Of a stretch of 64,000 bases of DNA, positions 62,794 through 64,000 are shown piece after piece (positions within the stretch are counted from its first letter, which is position 1; the number at the start of each line of letters is the position of its first letter). The translations under genes and the position numbers were made by a program. The stretch comes from Alphaproteobacteria bacterium (GTDB taxonomy: Bacteria > Pseudomonadota > Alphaproteobacteria > JAAXGF01): NCBI GenBank assembly GCA_963555825.3, contig CAUVXB020000002.1, positions 2,944,001-3,008,000 on the forward strand, in the 5' to 3' direction. The notes under the pieces were generated by a model. The model did not search any database, had not been told where the DNA came from, and saw only the letters and a program-made list of their open reading frames with translations.

Positions 62794-64000
62794 ATGGCCA
62801 AGTATTCGATCTTGAGCCTGTTGCGCAACGCGCGCAGTTACCACGAGAACTGGTCGCGCGCCTGGCGCAGTCCGGAACCCAAAGACGCGTATGACGTCAT
62901 CATCATCGGCGGCGGCGGGCACGGGCTGGCGACCGCCTATTACCTGGCCAAGGAACACGGCATCACCAATGTCGCGGTGCTCGAGAAGGGCTGGCTGGGT
63001 GGCGGCAACACCGGGCGCAACACCACCATCGTGCGCTCGAACTACCTGTGGGACGAAAGCGCGGGCATCTACGAGAAGTCGCTCAAGCTGTGGGAGGGCC
63101 TGAGCCAGGACCTCAACTTCAACGTCATGTTCAGCCAGCGCGGCGTGATGAACCTGGCGCACAACCAGCACGACCTGCGCGACCTGTCGCGCCGGGTCAA
63201 CGCGATCCGCCTCAACGGCGTCGATTCCGAGATCCTGACGCCGGCCCAGATCAAGGCGCTCTGCCCGATGATCAACATCTCGCCGACGGCGCGCTATCCC
63301 GTGCTCGGCGCTTCGTTGCAACGGCGCGGCGGCACGGCGCGACACGACGCCGTTGCCTGGGGATTCGCGCGTGCCGCCGACGAGCGCGGCGTCGACATCA
63401 TCCAGAATTGCGAGGTCACCGGCATTCGCCGCCGGGGCGGCCGCGTGGTCGGCGTCGAGACGACGCGCGGCACTATCGCGGCGAACAAGATCGCCTCGGT
63501 CGCGGCCGGCCATTCGGGCGTCGTCGCGGCGATGGCGGGCTTGCGCCTGCCGCTCGAGAGCCACCCCTTGCAGGCGCTGGTTTCCGAACCGCTCAAGCCG
63601 ATCCTCGACACCGTCGTGATGTCGGGGGCGGTGCATGTCTACATCAGCCAGTCCGACAAGGGCGAGCTGGTCATGGGGGCGGGCATCGATTCGTTCAACT
63701 CCTATGCCCAGCGCGGCGCGCTGCGCACCATCGAGGAGATGATGGCGGCCTGCATCGAGCTGTTCCCCTTCGTCAGCCGGCTGCGCCTTATGCGCCAGTG
63801 GGCCGGCATCGTCGACACCTGCCCCGACGCCAGCCCGATCGTCGGCAAGACGCCGATCGAGGGCTTCTACATCAACTGCGGCTGGGGCACCGGCGGCTTC
63901 AAGGCGACGCCCGGCTCGGGCTGGTGCTTCGCCCACACCATCGCGCACGACCAGCCGCACAGCCTGAACCGGCCGTTCACCCTGGAGCGCTTCTCCTCGG
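62794..64000 (+). CDS. soxB: Sarcosine oxidase subunit beta (runs off window)
   Basis: Absent from the ORF track. Manual translation: [61 protein letters not shown]...[14 protein letters not shown]. Confidence 0.93.
   Translation, partial: MAKYSILSLLRNARSYHENWSRAWRSPEPKDAYDVIIIGGGGHGLATAYYLAKEHGITNVAVLEKGWLGGGNTGRNTTIVRSNYLWDESAGIYEKSLKLWEGLSQDLNFNVMFSQRGVMNLAHNQHDLRDLSRRVNAIRLNGVDSEILTPAQIKALCPMINISPTARYPVLGASLQRRGGTARHDAVAWGFARAADERGVDIIQNCEVTGIRRRGGRVVGVETTRGTIAANKIASVAAGHSGVVAAMAGLRLPLESHPLQALVSEPLKPILDTVVMSGAVHVYISQSDKGELVMGAGIDSFNSYAQRGALRTIEEMMAACIELFPFVSRLRLMRQWAGIVDTCPDASPIVGKTPIEGFYINCGWGTGGFKATPGSGWCFAHTIAHDQPHSLNRPFTLERFSS

Overview
GC-rich alphaproteobacterial chromosome segment; taxon inferred from the recA-alaS linkage, GAAC-N7-GTAC SOS boxes and the dksA/DUF1127 content. 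The first 14 kb is a probable tungsten-enzyme neighbourhood: tupB, two-subunit NAD-linked formate dehydrogenase, mobB, and aorABC plus a MoaD/ThiS-like gene. At 20-28.5 kb two tandem Tat-motif M23 peptidase genes are broken by four IS elements: an IS3, an IS3-like element with a 15-bp duplication, and an IS1595 carrying a nested IS21. Both genes can be rebuilt from the target duplications. A BglII/BstYI-type restriction-modification pair sits between recA and alaS, and its endonuclease is split by a 261-bp MITE. A modular 140-215 bp palindromic repeat with compensatory stem changes occurs four times, and two inverted copies bracket a Sel1-repeat gene. The rest is housekeeping or catabolic: Lon-like protease, hydantoinase A/B, ThDP enzymes, icd, LOG, cytochromes c, LysM protein, IS630, psd-pssA, hpnE, a peptide ABC transporter and soxB. 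I found no CRISPR array, tRNA or rRNA. All family calls are from motif recognition by eye, not database searches.
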